Below are positions 24,909 to 38,744 of a stretch of DNA of 64,000 bases, one piece after another. The notes below the pieces were generated by a model, which was not told the DNA's origin, ran no database searches, and was given only the letters and a program-made list of their open reading frames with translations. The position numbers were made by a program, and so were the translations under genes. The DNA lies in contig CM075994.1 of NCBI GenBank assembly GCA_038087875.1, forward strand, positions 9,550,001 to 9,614,000. Reading direction: 5' to 3'. Position 1 is the stretch's first letter. Each line of letters begins with the position of its first letter. Source of the DNA: Malacoraja senta. Taxonomy: Eukaryota.

Positions 24909-27900
24909 GTAAGTATGAATGAATTTGAGATGAACATCTCTAGTTTAGAGATACAGCTTTTCCCATACACCCACCACCCTTTGTGTGAAAAGGTTACCCC
25001 TCAGATTCCTATTAAATCTTTTCCCCTTCACCTTTAACCTATGTCCTCTGGTTCCTGATTCACCTACTCTGGGCAAGAGATTCTGTGCATCAACCCAATC
25101 TATTCAATAGACAATAGACAATAGACAATAGACAATAGACAATAGTTGCAGGAGTAGTTGCCATTTGGCCCTTTGAGCCAGCAACGGAGTGCGATTGGGT
25201 AGCGGGGAGAGGGGGGTAGGAAGGGGAGAGGGGTTATGGAGGGAGGGAGGGGGGGGGAGGGAGGGAGGGAGGGAGGGGAGGGAGGGTGTGACTGAGGGTA
25301 GGGGAAAGGAGAGGTAATGGAGGGAGTGGAGGAGGGGAGGAGGAGAGAGGAGAGAAGAGGGTGAAGAGGAAATGAAGGAGTGTTAGGGGATGAGGTGAAA
25401 TGAGCCGCGCCTGCGACATTGGGGGCTATGGGTGAGTGGTGGAATATTGCGTTGGGGGGACGGGTTGCATTGGGGGACCGGATGAGTGGTGAAAATGGGT
25501 TGCATTGGGGGAACAGGTGAGTGGTGGAATATTGCATTGGGAGAATGGGGCCCAACGGGTCCCACTTGATCGAGTATATCACTAAAGCTCTGATCTTGTT
25601 TGCTTCTATGCGTGTGTGCCTGTCTGTGTGTGTAGATGTCTGCCCATGTGATTCTGAAATTATACCAAAACGGTACAAGATAGTGCTAAACCTCTCATGT
25701 GGTGTGGTGTATCAAGTTTCGTTCACATTGATAGTATATTTTACAAATTATTCACATTTCAAACTTAGCAAAATGCCACCTTGAGAAAAATTTCTTCCAT
25801 CTGCACTGGCAGTTAGCAGTATATGACGTCACAATGGGATATCATTTGCATAAACTGCCCGTCAACAGTGTTCCACCCAGTGCAATGAGATATTTGTTAC
25901 ATTGTTGAAAGGAGAGGGAGCGGGTGCGGGAGGGGAGGAGGAGAAATGTTATTTAAACGTGTTTAGTGGGATGGAGTGGGTTAGGGGAGAGGTGAGGAGT
26001 GGGGGAGCAGGGAGATAGCGGGAGTGGAGGGGGGTAGGGAGGGGAGAGGGGTTATGGAGGGAGGGAGGGAGCGACTGAGGGTAGGAGATAGGAGAGGGGA
26101 GGGAGAGGTGAGGGAGGGAGTGGAGGAGGGAGGAGGAGAGGGAGAGAACAGGGAGGGTGAACAGAAGGGGGATGGAGTGTTGGGGGATGAGGGGAAATGA
26201 GCCGCAGCTGGGGGCTATGGGTGAGTGGTGGATTATTGGGTTGGAGGAACGGGTTCCGTTGGGGGAATGGGTGAGTGGTGGAATATTGGGTTGGGGGAAC
26301 GGGGCCCAGCGGGTCCCACTTGGTCTAGTTACACCTAAAATCCAGTCACAGGACCACAAAAATACTGTAGGAGCCATTTATATTTAGGCCAGTTACTGTT
26401 GGCATATTATATCATTTTGTCTAGATATTTCTAGCAGTATTATTTTGGACACTTGGGGGCAGTCATTTGATGATAGAGGGGGGTGACATTTGGGCTTGGG
26501 GGGACAGGGACTCAGACCAGGCATAGGTGGAGAGTACACAGTTCTCATCATATCGGAGAGAACTGAAAGTTACAATTTATATGAGAATAAGGAGAACCTG
26601 GAATGTTCATCGCTTTGTTTGTACAACTACGTTAGAGGGCTAGTATGAAGATTGTGGGCCGAATGGATTCTTGGGCTGGCACCTCAGATACTCAGGCTTG
26701 GAGGGCTGGCAGCTCAGTCACTCAGGCCTGGTGGGCTGGCAGCTCAGTCACTCGGGCCTGATGGGCTGGCTGCTCAGTCACTCAGGGCTGGTGGGCTGGC
26801 AGCTCAGTCACTGAGGGCTGGTGGGCTGGCAGCTCAGTCACTCAGGCCTGGTGGGCTGGCAGCTCAGTCACTCAGGCCTGGTGGGCTGGCAGCTCAGTCA
26901 CTCGGGCCTGATGGGCTGGCTGCTCAGTCACTCAGGGCTGGTGGGCTGGCAGCTCAGTCACTGAGGGCTGGTGGGCTGGCAGCTCAGTCACTCAGGCCTG
27001 GTGGGCTGGCAGCTCAGTCACTCTGGACTGGTGGGCTGGCATCTCAGAAACTGCCAGAAATTCTGCCCAAAACAGGTGGGAATTCTGTGAGGGAGAAGGG
27101 GGAGACGGCGGAGAAGCAATTTTAGACATTTTTCATCTTTTTTTGCAGATCACAGCAATGAAGGAAGAAATTCAATCATGGCCTGGATCTCACGGGGAGC
27201 CAATGAAGGGAGGGAGAAAAATACTGGGGTGAGGTTTAATACTTACTGATGGGCTGAAGGAACAGCGCCTAGGCTAGTACAGGACTGGTGGGCTGAAGGG
27301 ACTCGATAAAGAAATCTGAGTGAAATTTCAGCAGAAAGGCACTTTTTCTGGACTTTTACATTTCCATTTCAATTTCAAGCACAGGGCAGGTCAAACAACT
27401 CATTTCATTTTCATTTCCATTTCCATTTCAATTTCAAGCACAGGGCAGGCCAAATATATCGTTTCATTTTCATGTCATTTCCATTTCCATTTCCATTTCA
27501 ATTTCAAGCACAGGGCAGGCCAAACAACTCATTTCATTTTCCTTTCATTTCCATTTCCATTTCAATTTCAAGCACAGGGGAGGCCAAACAATTCATTTCA
27601 TTTCCATTTCCATTTCCATTTCAAGCACAGGGCAGGCCAAACAACTAATTTCATTTTCATCTCATTTCCATTTCCAATTCAATTTCAAGCACAGGGCAGG
27701 CAAACAACTTTCATTTTCATTTCATTTCCATTTCCATTTCAATTTCAAGCACAGGGCAGGCCAAACAACTCATTACATTTTCATTTCATTTCCATTTCCA
27801 TTTCCATTTCCATTTCCATTTCAATTTCCATTTCAATTTCAATTTCAAGCACAGGGCAGGCCAAACAACTCATTTCATTTTCCTTTCATTTCCATTTCCA

Positions 27901-29184
27901 TTTCAATTTCAAGCACAGGGGAGGCTAAACAACTCATTTCATTTTCATTAAGGGCTAACAAATTATTTATTGCAAGTACATTGGAGACTCACAGTTCAGT
28001 AGACTCACAGTTCAGTTGACTCACAGCTTAGAATCGCAGTTGTGGACTCTCCCTCGCGATCTTCCAGAGTGACTGACCCACGTCCAGCAGATGGGGCTTT
28101 ATACTGCTGACCCCTCGGAAGGGGCGTTACCTTCATCAAGGTGATTGATAGGTAAGAGGACCAATCAGCTGATCTCAAGATTTTTTAACATTCAAAACTT
28201 TTTTATTTTTTCAGCGATCGGAAAAATCCTTGGGGCTGCTGCAGCGGAGGAGGACTGCGAGTAGGATGGCAATAAAATCATAGCGATATAGGTAGCGTTT
28301 TTTTCTAAAACCAATTAACATAGACAGGAAATGATCAAGATGAGACTTTTAGTATAATAATAGATAGGTCGAGAGGTGGTTATCTGAAGTTGGACAGCAA
28401 ATTACACACTCCATTGCTGAAAGTGCCATACATCAGATTGTTGTAGAATCAGAAGAAATTGGACCTGAAGATTGTGTTTCAAATGTCTCAAAACAAAGAT
28501 CAAGCCACAAATCTAATTCTTCTTCATGTGCCATTCGGCCCATCAAGTCTAGTCCGCCATTCAATTGTGGCTGACCTATCTCTCCCACCTAACTGCATTC
28601 TCCCGCCTTCTCCCCATAACCTCTGACACCCGTACTATTCAAGAATCTATCTATGCCTTAAAAATATCCATTGACTTGGCCTCCACAGCCTTCTGTGGCA
28701 ATGAATTCCACAGATTCACCTCCCTCTGACTAAAGAAATTCCTCCTCATCTCCTTCCTAAAGGAACGTCCTTTAAAAATGCGAGTTCGGTATCTCGATAA
28801 ACGCAAGGAGTCATGGGATTTGTCAAAGGTTATTCGGGATAAACAAGCTAACTCAGCGCTGTATAAATTGTGTATAAATTGTGAACTATTCCACCAAGGA
28901 AGTAATCTAGAATTCTGTCAACTCAACAGCTTCCTGTCTTGTTCTGCTTAAGAAAGAACTGCAGATGCTGGAGAAATCGAAGGCAGACAAAAATGTTGGA
29001 GAAACTCAGCGGGTGAGGCAGCATCTATGAAGCGAAGGAATAGGTGACGTTTCAGACTCCTTCTTCTTCTGCTGTTCACACACTACTCACACAGTCCCAG
29101 TTCTAGTTCAGTTCATTCATCTGCAATTCAAGTTCAAGTTCAAGTGAGTTTATTGTCATGTGTCCCTGATAGGACAATGAAATT

Positions 29185-29384
29185 NNNNNNNNNNNNNNNN
29201 NNNNNNNNNNNNNNNNNNNNNNNNNNNNNNNNNNNNNNNNNNNNNNNNNNNNNNNNNNNNNNNNNNNNNNNNNNNNNNNNNNNNNNNNNNNNNNNNNNNN
29301 NNNNNNNNNNNNNNNNNNNNNNNNNNNNNNNNNNNNNNNNNNNNNNNNNNNNNNNNNNNNNNNNNNNNNNNNNNNNNNNNNNNN
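29185..29384. other. Assembly gap (200 N)
   Basis: Run of N; the two flanks are paralogous to each other. Confidence 0.99.
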
Positions 29385-30282
29385 AGTAGACTCACAGTTC
29401 AGTTGACTCACAGCTTAGAATCGCAGTTGTGGACTCTCTCTCGCGATCTTCCAGAGTGACTGACCCACGTCCAGCATCCGGGGCTTTATACTGCTGGCCC
29501 CCTCGGAACGGGCGTTACCTTCATCAAGGTGATTGACGGGTGAGAGGACCAATCAACTGATCTCAAGATTTTTTAAACATTCAAAACTTTTTTATTTTTC
29601 AGCGATCGGAAAAATCCTTGGGGCTGCTGCAGCGGAGGAGGACTGCGAGTAAGATGGCGATAAAATCATAGCGATATAGGTTGCGTTATTTCTAAAATCA
29701 ATTAACATAGACAGGAAGTGGTCAAGATGAGACTTTAATATAATAATAGATAGATGTAGAGAGGTGGTTATCTGAAGTTCGACAGCAAATTACACACTCC
29801 ATAGCTGAAAGTGGCATAAATCAGATTGTTGTAGAATCAGAAGAAATTGGACCTGAAGATTGTGTTTCAAATGTCTCAAAACAAAGATCAAGCCACAAAT
29901 CTAATTCTTCTTCATGTGCCATTCGGCCCATCAAGTCTAGTCCGCCATTCAATCGTGGCTGACGTATCTCTCCCACCTAACTGCATTCTCCCGCCTTCTC
30001 CCCATAACCTCTGACACCCGTACTAATCAAGAATCTATCTATGCCTTAAAAATATCCATTGACTTGGCCTGCACAGCCTTCTGTGGCAATGAATTCCACA
30101 GATTCACCCTCCTCTGACTAAAGAAATTCCTCCTCATCTCCTTCCTAAAGGAACGTCCTTTAATAAGCGAGTTCGGTATCTCGATAAACACAAGGAATTA
30201 TGGGATTTGTCAAAGGTCATTCGGGATAAACAAGCTAACTCAGCGCTGTATAAACAGTGTATAAATTGTGAACTATTCCACC

Positions 30283-31576
30283 TCCTCACCTCTGCTGACA
30301 CTGGTTCCCTCAACATCCTCATCCTCCTCGACCTGAGTGCAGCCTTCGATACCGTGAACCATAACATCCTGCTTACCAGACTTAAAGACCTTGGCATTGA
30401 AGGTTCTGCACTCAGCTGGCTCCGTTCCTACCTTTCCAACCGATCCCACTTCATCTCTCTCCATAACCACACCTCTGCCACAGCCACTGTCACTCAAGGC
30501 GTTCCCCAAGGCTCCGTTCTTGGTCCCCTCCTCTTCATCATCTACATCCTCCCCCTTGGTCATATACTCCGTCACTTCAACCTGGACTTCCATTGCCATG
30601 CTAATGACACCCAGATCTATCTCAGCACCAAGTCCCCCCACCACCCCCCTCTCTCCCATATCAACTCCTGCCTGTCAGCCATCAAATCTTGGATGCAACT
30701 CAACTTCCTTAAATTAAACAGTAACAAAACAGAATTTCTCCTCATTGGCTCCAAATCAACACTTACCAAAATTAACAACCCCACTCTCACTATTGACGGC
30801 ACCACTGTCTCCCCATCTCCTCAGGCCCGCAACCTTGGCGTGATCTTTGACTCAACCCTCTCCCTTGAGCCTCACATCCGCCATGTTGTCAAAACATCAT
30901 TTTTTCACCTCCGCAACATTGCCAAAATCAGACCCTCTCTCACACCCCCCGCTGCTGAAAGACTCATCCATGCCTTCATCTCCTCCCGACTGGACTACTG
31001 TAACTCTCTTCTCTTTGACATTAATTCCAGCAACATCAACCGACTCCAACTGGTCCAGAATGCAGCCGCCCGACTCATCACCCATACCAAATCCTGGCAC
31101 CACATCACCCCAGTTCTCAAAGAACTTCACTGGCTTCCCATTTCCCACCGGATCATAATCAAAATCCTGGTCCTCACCTACAAAGCCCTCAACCACTTGG
31201 CCCCCCCTTATCTCACTGACCTCCTCTCCCTCTACCAACCCTCACGGTCCCTCAGATCCACATCAGCCGGTCTCCTCTCCATTCCGAAATCCAACCTCTG
31301 CACTTTTGGATACAGAGCCTTCTCCAGGGCAGCTCCCAGGCTCTGGAACTCCCTCCCACAATTGATCCAAAATTCTGAGTCCCTCACCATCCTCCAGTCC
31401 CGCCTCAAGACCCTTCTCTTCACCTCTGCATACCCTTAGTCCCATGTCCCCCTCCCCTTTGCATCTCTGTCTTACTGCTCTATTTTGTTTTGTTTTTGAC
31501 TCTCCATGTAAAGCGACTTTGAGTCCTTGAAAAAAGCGCTATACAAATAAAATGTATTATTATTATTATTATTATT
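30283..31576 (+). mobile_element. 5'-truncated L2 LINE (RT and C-terminal region)
   Basis: ORF 30207..31439 contains LLDLSAAFDTV, GVPQGSVLGP, HANDTQIY (YADD altered) and HITPVLKELHWLP, followed by AATAAA and a (TAT)n tail. The empty site ttccacc|aaggaagt is seen at ~28890-28903. Confidence 0.93.
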
Positions 31577-32004
31577 AAGGAAGTAATCTAGAAATCTGTC
31601 AACTCAACAGCTTCCTGTCTTGTTCTCCTTGCAAGATGACAATAAAGGTTGATTTGATTTGATTTGATTTGATTTAAGAAAGAACTGCAGATGCTGGAGA
31701 AATCGAAGGCAGACAAAAATGCTGGAGAAACTCAGCGGGTGAGGCAGCATCTATGGAGTGATGGAATAGGTGACGTTTCAGACTCCTTCTTCTTCTGCTG
31801 TTCACACACTACTCACACAGTCCCAGTTCTAGTTCAGTTCATTCATCTGCAATTCAAGTTCAAGTTCAAGTTCAAGTGAGTTTATTGTCATGTGTCCCTG
31901 ATAGGACAATGAAATTCTTGCTTTCCTTCAGCACAACAGAACATAGTAGGCATTTTTTCCTGTTCTCTCTCTTTCCCTCGAAGCTCAGCTGTTCAAATCC
32001 AAAG

Positions 32005-32386
32005 ATGAATTACCTTGTGGTCCTGGTAGCTGGTCTCAGTCTCAGTGTCTCTCCGGGTAAGGAAATATAACTATTGTTGTTGTCCTCTAGTTTAACTGTG
32101 GAAAGGCATTTTAGATTCTCAAGTGGGATTGGAATTCTTGGTTAAACATTAAGCTGTGTGTTCGTTCACATGTAGAGAGTTTGTTACTGAATATGGAGTT
32201 AGTTATTGTCAAGTCCAGAGTGTTTTATTGTTATACATCCCAGATAGAAGGAATGGTGACGTTGCACGTCGAGACCCTTCCTTCTCTCCAGAGATTCTGC
32301 CTGTCCCGCTGAGTTACTCCAGCATTTTACGTCTGTCTTCGGTGTAAACCAGCATCTGCAGTTCCTTGCCACAAACACTCAGACAT

Positions 32387-32472
<86 letters not shown>

Positions 32473-32482
32473 TCACACACGA

Positions 32483-32562
<80 letters not shown>

Positions 32563-34724
32563 TCACACACGATCACACACACACACACACACACACGCAC
32601 ATATGTACACATGAAACAAACAATAATAGTGCAAGAAAGCCAAAACTATACATGTATAGGTAGTTTAGATACTACTTCGGCAGTGTGTAGGATAGTGCTA
32701 GTGTACAGGGTGATCACTGGTTGGCGCGTACTCAGTGGGCTGAAGGGCCTGTTTAATAGCTTTAAACATCAGAGGGCTCTACAGCACTGATGTGTAGGAA
32801 GGAACTGCAGATGTTGATTTACACCGACATAGAAACATAGAAAATAGGTGCAGGAGTAGGCCATTCGGCCCGTCGATATGATCATGGCTGATCATCCAAC
32901 TCAGTATCCCATCCCTGCCTTCTCTCCATACCCCCTGATCCCTTTAGCCACAAGGGCCACATCTAAATCCCTCTTAAATATAGCCAATAGACACAAAGTG
33001 CTGGAGTAACTCAGCGGGAAGGCAACATCTCTGGAGAGAAGATATACTTGACGTTTCGGCTCCAGATCCAGGGGCCACAGAACCAGGGGCCACAGAACCA
33101 GGGGCCACAGTTTAAGAAAAAGGAATAAGGAGTAAGCCATTTAGAACGGAGACGAGGAAACACTTTTTCTCACAGAGAGTGGTGAGTCTGTGGAATTCTC
33201 TGCCTCAGAGGGCGGTGGAGGCCAGTTGTCTGGATGCTTTCAAGAGAGAGCTAGATAGGGCTCTTAAAAATAGCGGAGTCAGGGGATATGGGGAGAAGGC
33301 ATGAACGGGGTACTGATTGGGGATGATCAGCCATGATCACATTGAATGGCGGTGCTGGCTCGAAGGGCCAAATGGCTGACTCCTGCACCTATTGTCTACT
33401 GTCTATTGTCTATTGAGACCCTTCTTCAGACTGAGAGTCAGGGGAAAGGAAACAAGGGAAATAGACGGTGATATCGAGAGATATTGAACAAATGAATGAA
33501 AGATATGCAAGAAGGAAAAGACTCGAGAAGACCACTTTTAAACCAGTACAACCAGTTGGGATTTGGGAGGGTCTCGACCAAAACATCACCTGTATCTCTT
33601 CTCCAGAGCGGCTGCCTGACCCGCTGAGTTACTCCAGCATTTTGTGTCGGTATTGTTCTATGTTCATTGAAAGGAGTTGCTCGTTTTCAGAGCAGCGGCA
33701 GAACGAGCTGCAGGTGTCTCTCACACAAAATCCTCTGTTTTGTTCTCAATGTACAGGTAACTGTTTGCAGTGTTACTCCTGCTTAGGATCAACGGAAAGA
33801 TGCGTGGATAATACTGTTAACTGCTCTGCGGGGGAGCGATGCTACCTAGTGGTAGCAGAGGCTGGTAAGTATGAATGAATTTGAGATGCACACCTCTAGT
33901 TTAGAGATACAGCTTGTTCCATACACCCACCACCCTTTGTGTGAAAAGGTTACCCCTCAGATTCCTATTAAATCTTTTCCCCCTCACCTTAATCCTATGT
34001 CCTCTGGTCCTCGATTCCACTACTCTGGGCAAGAGACTCTGTGCATCTACCCAATCTATTCCTCTCATGATTTTATACACCTCTATAGGATCACTCCTCA
34101 TCCTCCTGCGCTCCAAGGAATAGAGACCCAGCCTGCTCAACCTCTCCCTCTAGCTCACACCCTCTAGTCCTGGCAACATCCTCGTAAAGATGGTAAGACT
34201 GTACGATTCTGTGAATAAATAGCTGATTTACTCATAGAAATGTGAAAACTCAGTGGCATTCACACAAAGGGTGGTGGGTGTATGGAACAAGCTGCCAGAG
34301 GAGGTGGTTGAGGCAGGGACTATCGCAACGTTTAAGAAACAGTTAGACAGGTACATGGATCGGACAGGTTTGGGGGATATGGACCAAGCGCTGGCAGGTG
34401 GGACTAGTGTAGCTGGGACATGTTGGCCAGTGTGGGCAAGTTGGGCTGAAGGGCCTGTATCCACGCTGTATCACTCTAAAATGATACATGAACTATGAAT
34501 ATAGCAATTATTTATCTGACCATTCTGTTTTTCCAGCTGGTGCAAAGGGTTACAGCGCTGGATGTTTTCCCCCTGCTGAATGTGATGTCCAGCAAAATAT
34601 CCCAGGAGCCACAGTCTCTATCAGCTGTTGTGATACTGACCTCTGCAACGCGAGTGACCAAGTTAAATTATCTCTTCTGCTGTTCCCTGCTCTGGTCTCA
34701 GTCTGGTTTGCAATATTTATGTGA
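32005..34724 (+). CDS. Ly6/uPAR (three-finger) GPI-anchored protein, copy 3; join(32005..32056,33757..33864,34537..34724), 115 aa
   Basis: MNYLVVLVAGLSLSVSPGNC|LQCYSCLGSTERCVDNTVNCSAGERCYLVVAEAAGAKGYSAGCFPPAECDVQQNIPGATVSISCCDTDLCNASDQVKLSLLLFPALVSVWFAIFM*; all splice sites GT-AG, 10 Cys, intact frame. Confidence 0.92.
32387..32600. repeat. (CA)n microsatellite in Ly6 intron 1
   Basis: Long CA run. Equivalent runs at ~9738-9845, ~23715-23750 and ~56416-56615 differ in length. Confidence 0.95.
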
Positions 34725-37404
34725 AGCAAGTGCAGAATAATAATGCACAGTGCAATCTTCTGGGTGGTTTTTGTCTGAAGATCAGGGATAATGGGTCTTA
34801 ACACTTGATTTCCAAGAGATGAGCAACTTAATCTAACAGATGTGCAAATCCTTTTCATTCCAAAATCAGTAACCCTCATCCAGGTTCAGGATTAGTTCAT
34901 CAATGGTGGTTAGTTCTATGGGTTCTGTAATTCCTCAATCTTCCAATGTACTTTTTTGTTTGTTATTGATTTGAATTATGTTTTGGAGCTGGTTACATAT
35001 ATATACAGCTTCAGTAACTCCAACAGAAGGCTGTGGAGGCCAAGTGAATTGATATTTTTACCGCAGAGATAGATAGATTCTTGATTAGGGCGGGTGTCAG
35101 AGTTTATGGGGAAGGCAGGAGAATGGGGTTAGGAGGGAGAGATAGATCAGCCATGATTGAGTGGCGGAGTAGACTTGATGGGCCGAATGGCCTAGTTCTG
35201 CTCCTATCACCTACTGCATGACCTTATAACACCGTGTTTGTCTCAGGAGGCTAGACAAGCATGTTATGATGGGCAGCGCATGGACAACCTCCTTCAAGTT
35301 GACGAAGGCAATGCCAATACTTTCAAGAGAGAGCTAGATAGGGCTCCTAAAGATAGCGGAGTCAGGGGATATGGGGAGAAGGCAGGAACGGGGTACTGAT
35401 TGGCGGTGATCAGCCATGATCACATTGAATGTCGGTGCTGGTTCGAAGGGCCGAATGGCCTACTCCTGCACCTATTGTCTATTGTCTAATACACCATGCT
35501 TGATACTTGCAATCTTTTAATAATTTGGATAATAATAATAATAATCATATATTTTGGAGTGTGTACCATGACTCTGTTCATCTGTTGCCGCATCTCAATA
35601 AAATACAGATTATCAAAAGAAAACGTGACCGTATTCCTTTTTTTATGTTCCATGAGCAGGATTAAGCCATTCGGCCCATCAAGTTTACTCTGCCCTTCAA
35701 TCCTGGCCGATCTATCTTTCCCTCTCAACCCCATTCTCCCCATAACCCCTGACACTTGTACTAATGAAGAATCTGTCAAAGCCTCTATCAAATTCTGGAA
35801 AACAATTTTATAAACTGCCTCACGTTATAATTACTGCACTGTATAATTCCGCGGCACGGTGGTGCAGCGGTAGAGTTGATGCCCCGCGGCGCCAGAGACC
35901 CGGGTTCCATCCTGACCACGGGTGTGACCACGGGTGTCCGGCGCTGCAAGCGCTGTAAGGCAGCATCTCTGCCGCTGCGCCACCCTGCCGCCCATTGCAC
36001 TTCCGTGTCCGTCTCTTCATTTTGGCTCCGTAGCAAACTGCTGTGAGGAAAAGCCTAGAGCAGAGTTGGTGATAGACCCTCAGCAACTTTTAACAGCGGT
36101 CCCTATTATTGCCACGTTTAAGAAAGAATGGAAATGCTGGAAAAATCGAAGGTAGACAAAAATGCTGGAGAAACTCAGCGGGTGAGGCAGCATTTATGGA
36201 GCGAAGGAAATAGGTGACGCATTAACCAACCTGATCTCCCGGTGGCCCAGCACTTCAACTCCCCCTCCCATTCCCAATCTGACCTTTCTGTCCTGGGCCT
36301 CCTCCATGGCCAGAGTGAGTCCCACCGCAAATTGGAGGAGCAGCACCTCATATTTCGCTTGGGTAGTTTACACCCCAGCGGTATGAACATTGACTTCTCC
36401 AATTTCAGGTAGTCCTTGCTTTCTCCCTCCTTCCCAGCTCTCCCACAGCACACTCTCCGCCTCTTCCTTTCTTCTTCCCCTCCCCACCCCCCACCCCACC
36501 CCCACATCAGTCTGAAGGGTCTCAACCCGAAACGTCACGTATTCCTTCGCTCTAGATGCTGCCTCACACGCTGAGTCTCTCCAGCATTTTTGTCTAACTT
36601 CCTTATCTCTGTCTCATCTCCCCTGACTCTCAGTCTGAAGAAGGGTCTCGATCCGTTCCTTCTCTCCAGAGATGCTGCCTGTCCCGCTGAGTTTCTCCAG
36701 CATTTTTATCTACCTTCTATCATTGCCACTTTCATTTCACTGTACATCTTGTATGTGTATGTGACAAATAAACTTGACTTATCCGTCGGGACAGAATGTG
36801 CAAACTGAAACTCGTGGTCACTTCAATCAAGCATTTATTCAGAAATACACATTAGTAACAATCCCACAACCGATTAGAGAAGTTCTTTTTAAAAAAAACA
36901 AGGGCAGCTTTTTACCAAGTCAACTTCCTTTATAGAATACGTACAATACAGTTCATGACCTTAACTTACCTGAAGGGAAAGGGCAGGTGAAAGGAACCAA
37001 AATATTCTTCATTCCGAGCAGGGTGGTGGAATAAATGAGTCACGTCTGGCCAATGCTATAGGATTCTCAATGTCGTTGCTAAATGGTCGGGATCTCTTCG
37101 ACATTGGTAGCAACTCTCTCACATGTACGGATTGTAGAGAGAAAATAAAGATGGGGGGGAAACGGCAGTGGGAAGTTGGGACAACCGAGTGTAGATGTCG
37201 TTCACCCTTTCAACTGGTTCATCACTTTGGGTCTTTGGTACCAATCCGTTGTCAAAACGAAATGGCGGTTCAATGGTACGTCGCTGGCCTGTCGTTCAGA
37301 AGCCCGCTGACGTGATACTCTTCACCCTAAACCGCTGCCTACACTGCGGGACTGGAAACCAGACTTCTGACAACACCGGGATGGGCTGATCCCATCCAAC
37401 GGAC

Positions 37405-37730
37405 GCAGAGTGCTGGAGAAACTCAGCGGGTCAGGCAGCATCTGTGGAGAACATGGATAGGTGACGTTTCACAGAGTGCTGGAGTAACTCAGCGGGTCAG
37501 GCAGCATCTGTGGAGAACATGAATAGGTGACGTTTCACAGAGTGCTGGAGTAACTCAGCGGGTCAGGCAGCATCTGTGGAGAACATGGATAGGTGACGTT
37601 TCACAGAGTGCTGGAGTAACTCAGCGGGTCAGGCAGCATCTGTGGAGAACATGGATAGGTGACGTTTCAGAGTGCTGGAGTAACTCAGCGGGTCAGGCAG
37701 CATCTGTGGAGAACGTGGGTAGATGACGTT
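37405..37730. repeat. 64/66-bp tandem repeat of a short Penelope-associated element
   Basis: Unit cagagtgctggagtaactcagcgggtcaggcagcatctgtggagaacatggataggtgacgtttca, ~5 copies here and ~6 copies at ~62222-62610. Confidence 0.9.
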
Positions 37731-38572
37731 TCGGGTCGGGAACTTTCTTCAAGGGTCCCGACCCGAGCTGGCACCCATCTATGTTCTCCAGAGATGCTGC
37801 CTGACAACCCCGTTACTCCAGCACTCTGTGTCTTTCTTTGGTGTAAACCAGCACCTGCAGTTCCTTCGTTATTACACCTTGCAGGCCTGCGACTGCCCTC
37901 AAATCCTCGAGACGGAGACAGAGAGCGCCATGGGTGACCGGGACTCAGATAAAGAACTCGCAGAAGTGAACAGGGTTGAACAGAGAATAATCCACCTTAG
38001 ACAAGACACAAAATGCTGGAGTAAACTCAGCGGCTCAGGCAGCATCTCTGGAGAGAGGGGACTTTTGTGTCTGAAGAAGGGCCTCGACCCGACACGTCGC
38101 CCGTTCCCTCTCCAGAGATGCCGCCTGTCCCGCTGAGTTACTCCAGCATTTTGAGCCTATCGATGGTGTAAACCAACATCTGCAGTTCCTTCCCAAGACA
38201 GATAATTCACCCTGGCATGTCTTCACAAACACACACACACAAGCGGTTCATTTTTGTGTTGATGAAACGTTTTAAAGTTTGTTTTTGTTCCCCCACTAAA
38301 AAGAAATCCATTGCACCAACTTCAGTTCACGACTGTGAATGGGGACAGGGGAGTGGAAGCGGCAATAACAGAATAATGTGGTTTTGGAGGGGGTGGGGAG
38401 GGGGGGTTAGGAGGGAGAGAGGGGAGGAGAAGGCAAAGAGTTTCTTTTGTTAAAGTGAACACTGTTTACAGCCTCGTGGCATATCATCTGTCTGCGGGCC
38501 CGCTGTTAAACAGACATCTTTTCTTGAGGAGTTGCCCGGGTCTCGCTCTCTCTCTCGCTCTCTATTCTTTCT

Positions 38573-38662
38573 CTAACGGATAGTCTTGACTGGGCTTTTG
38601 AAGTTGCTGGCAGCTTGGAGCTGGAGTTGGTAGGCATGGGGTGTATCTTGAAGCCGTAGAGT
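38573..38662 (-). pseudogene. CSNK2B: Duplicated, frameshifted last coding exon of CSNK2B (with duplicated 3'UTR, ~36815-38572)
   Basis: A polypyrimidine tract and AG precede a reading of LYGFKIHPM, then a 1-bp deletion at ~38635 (ATGGCC>ATGCC); the exon is 90 nt against 91 nt in the intact copy. I saw no other CSNK2B exon between 38.7 and 56 kb. Confidence 0.88.
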
Positions 38663-38744
38663 CTGGAGAGAAGGGGGGTAAAAGGGGGAAAGAGATGGAG
38701 AGAGTTAACGGCGATGGAGCGGAGGGACAGGAGCGAGAAGGTGG

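Noticed and set aside
32366..32663. His-Thr and Cys-Val repeat ORFs (also 56237-56802)
   Set aside because: Translations of (CA)n microsatellites.
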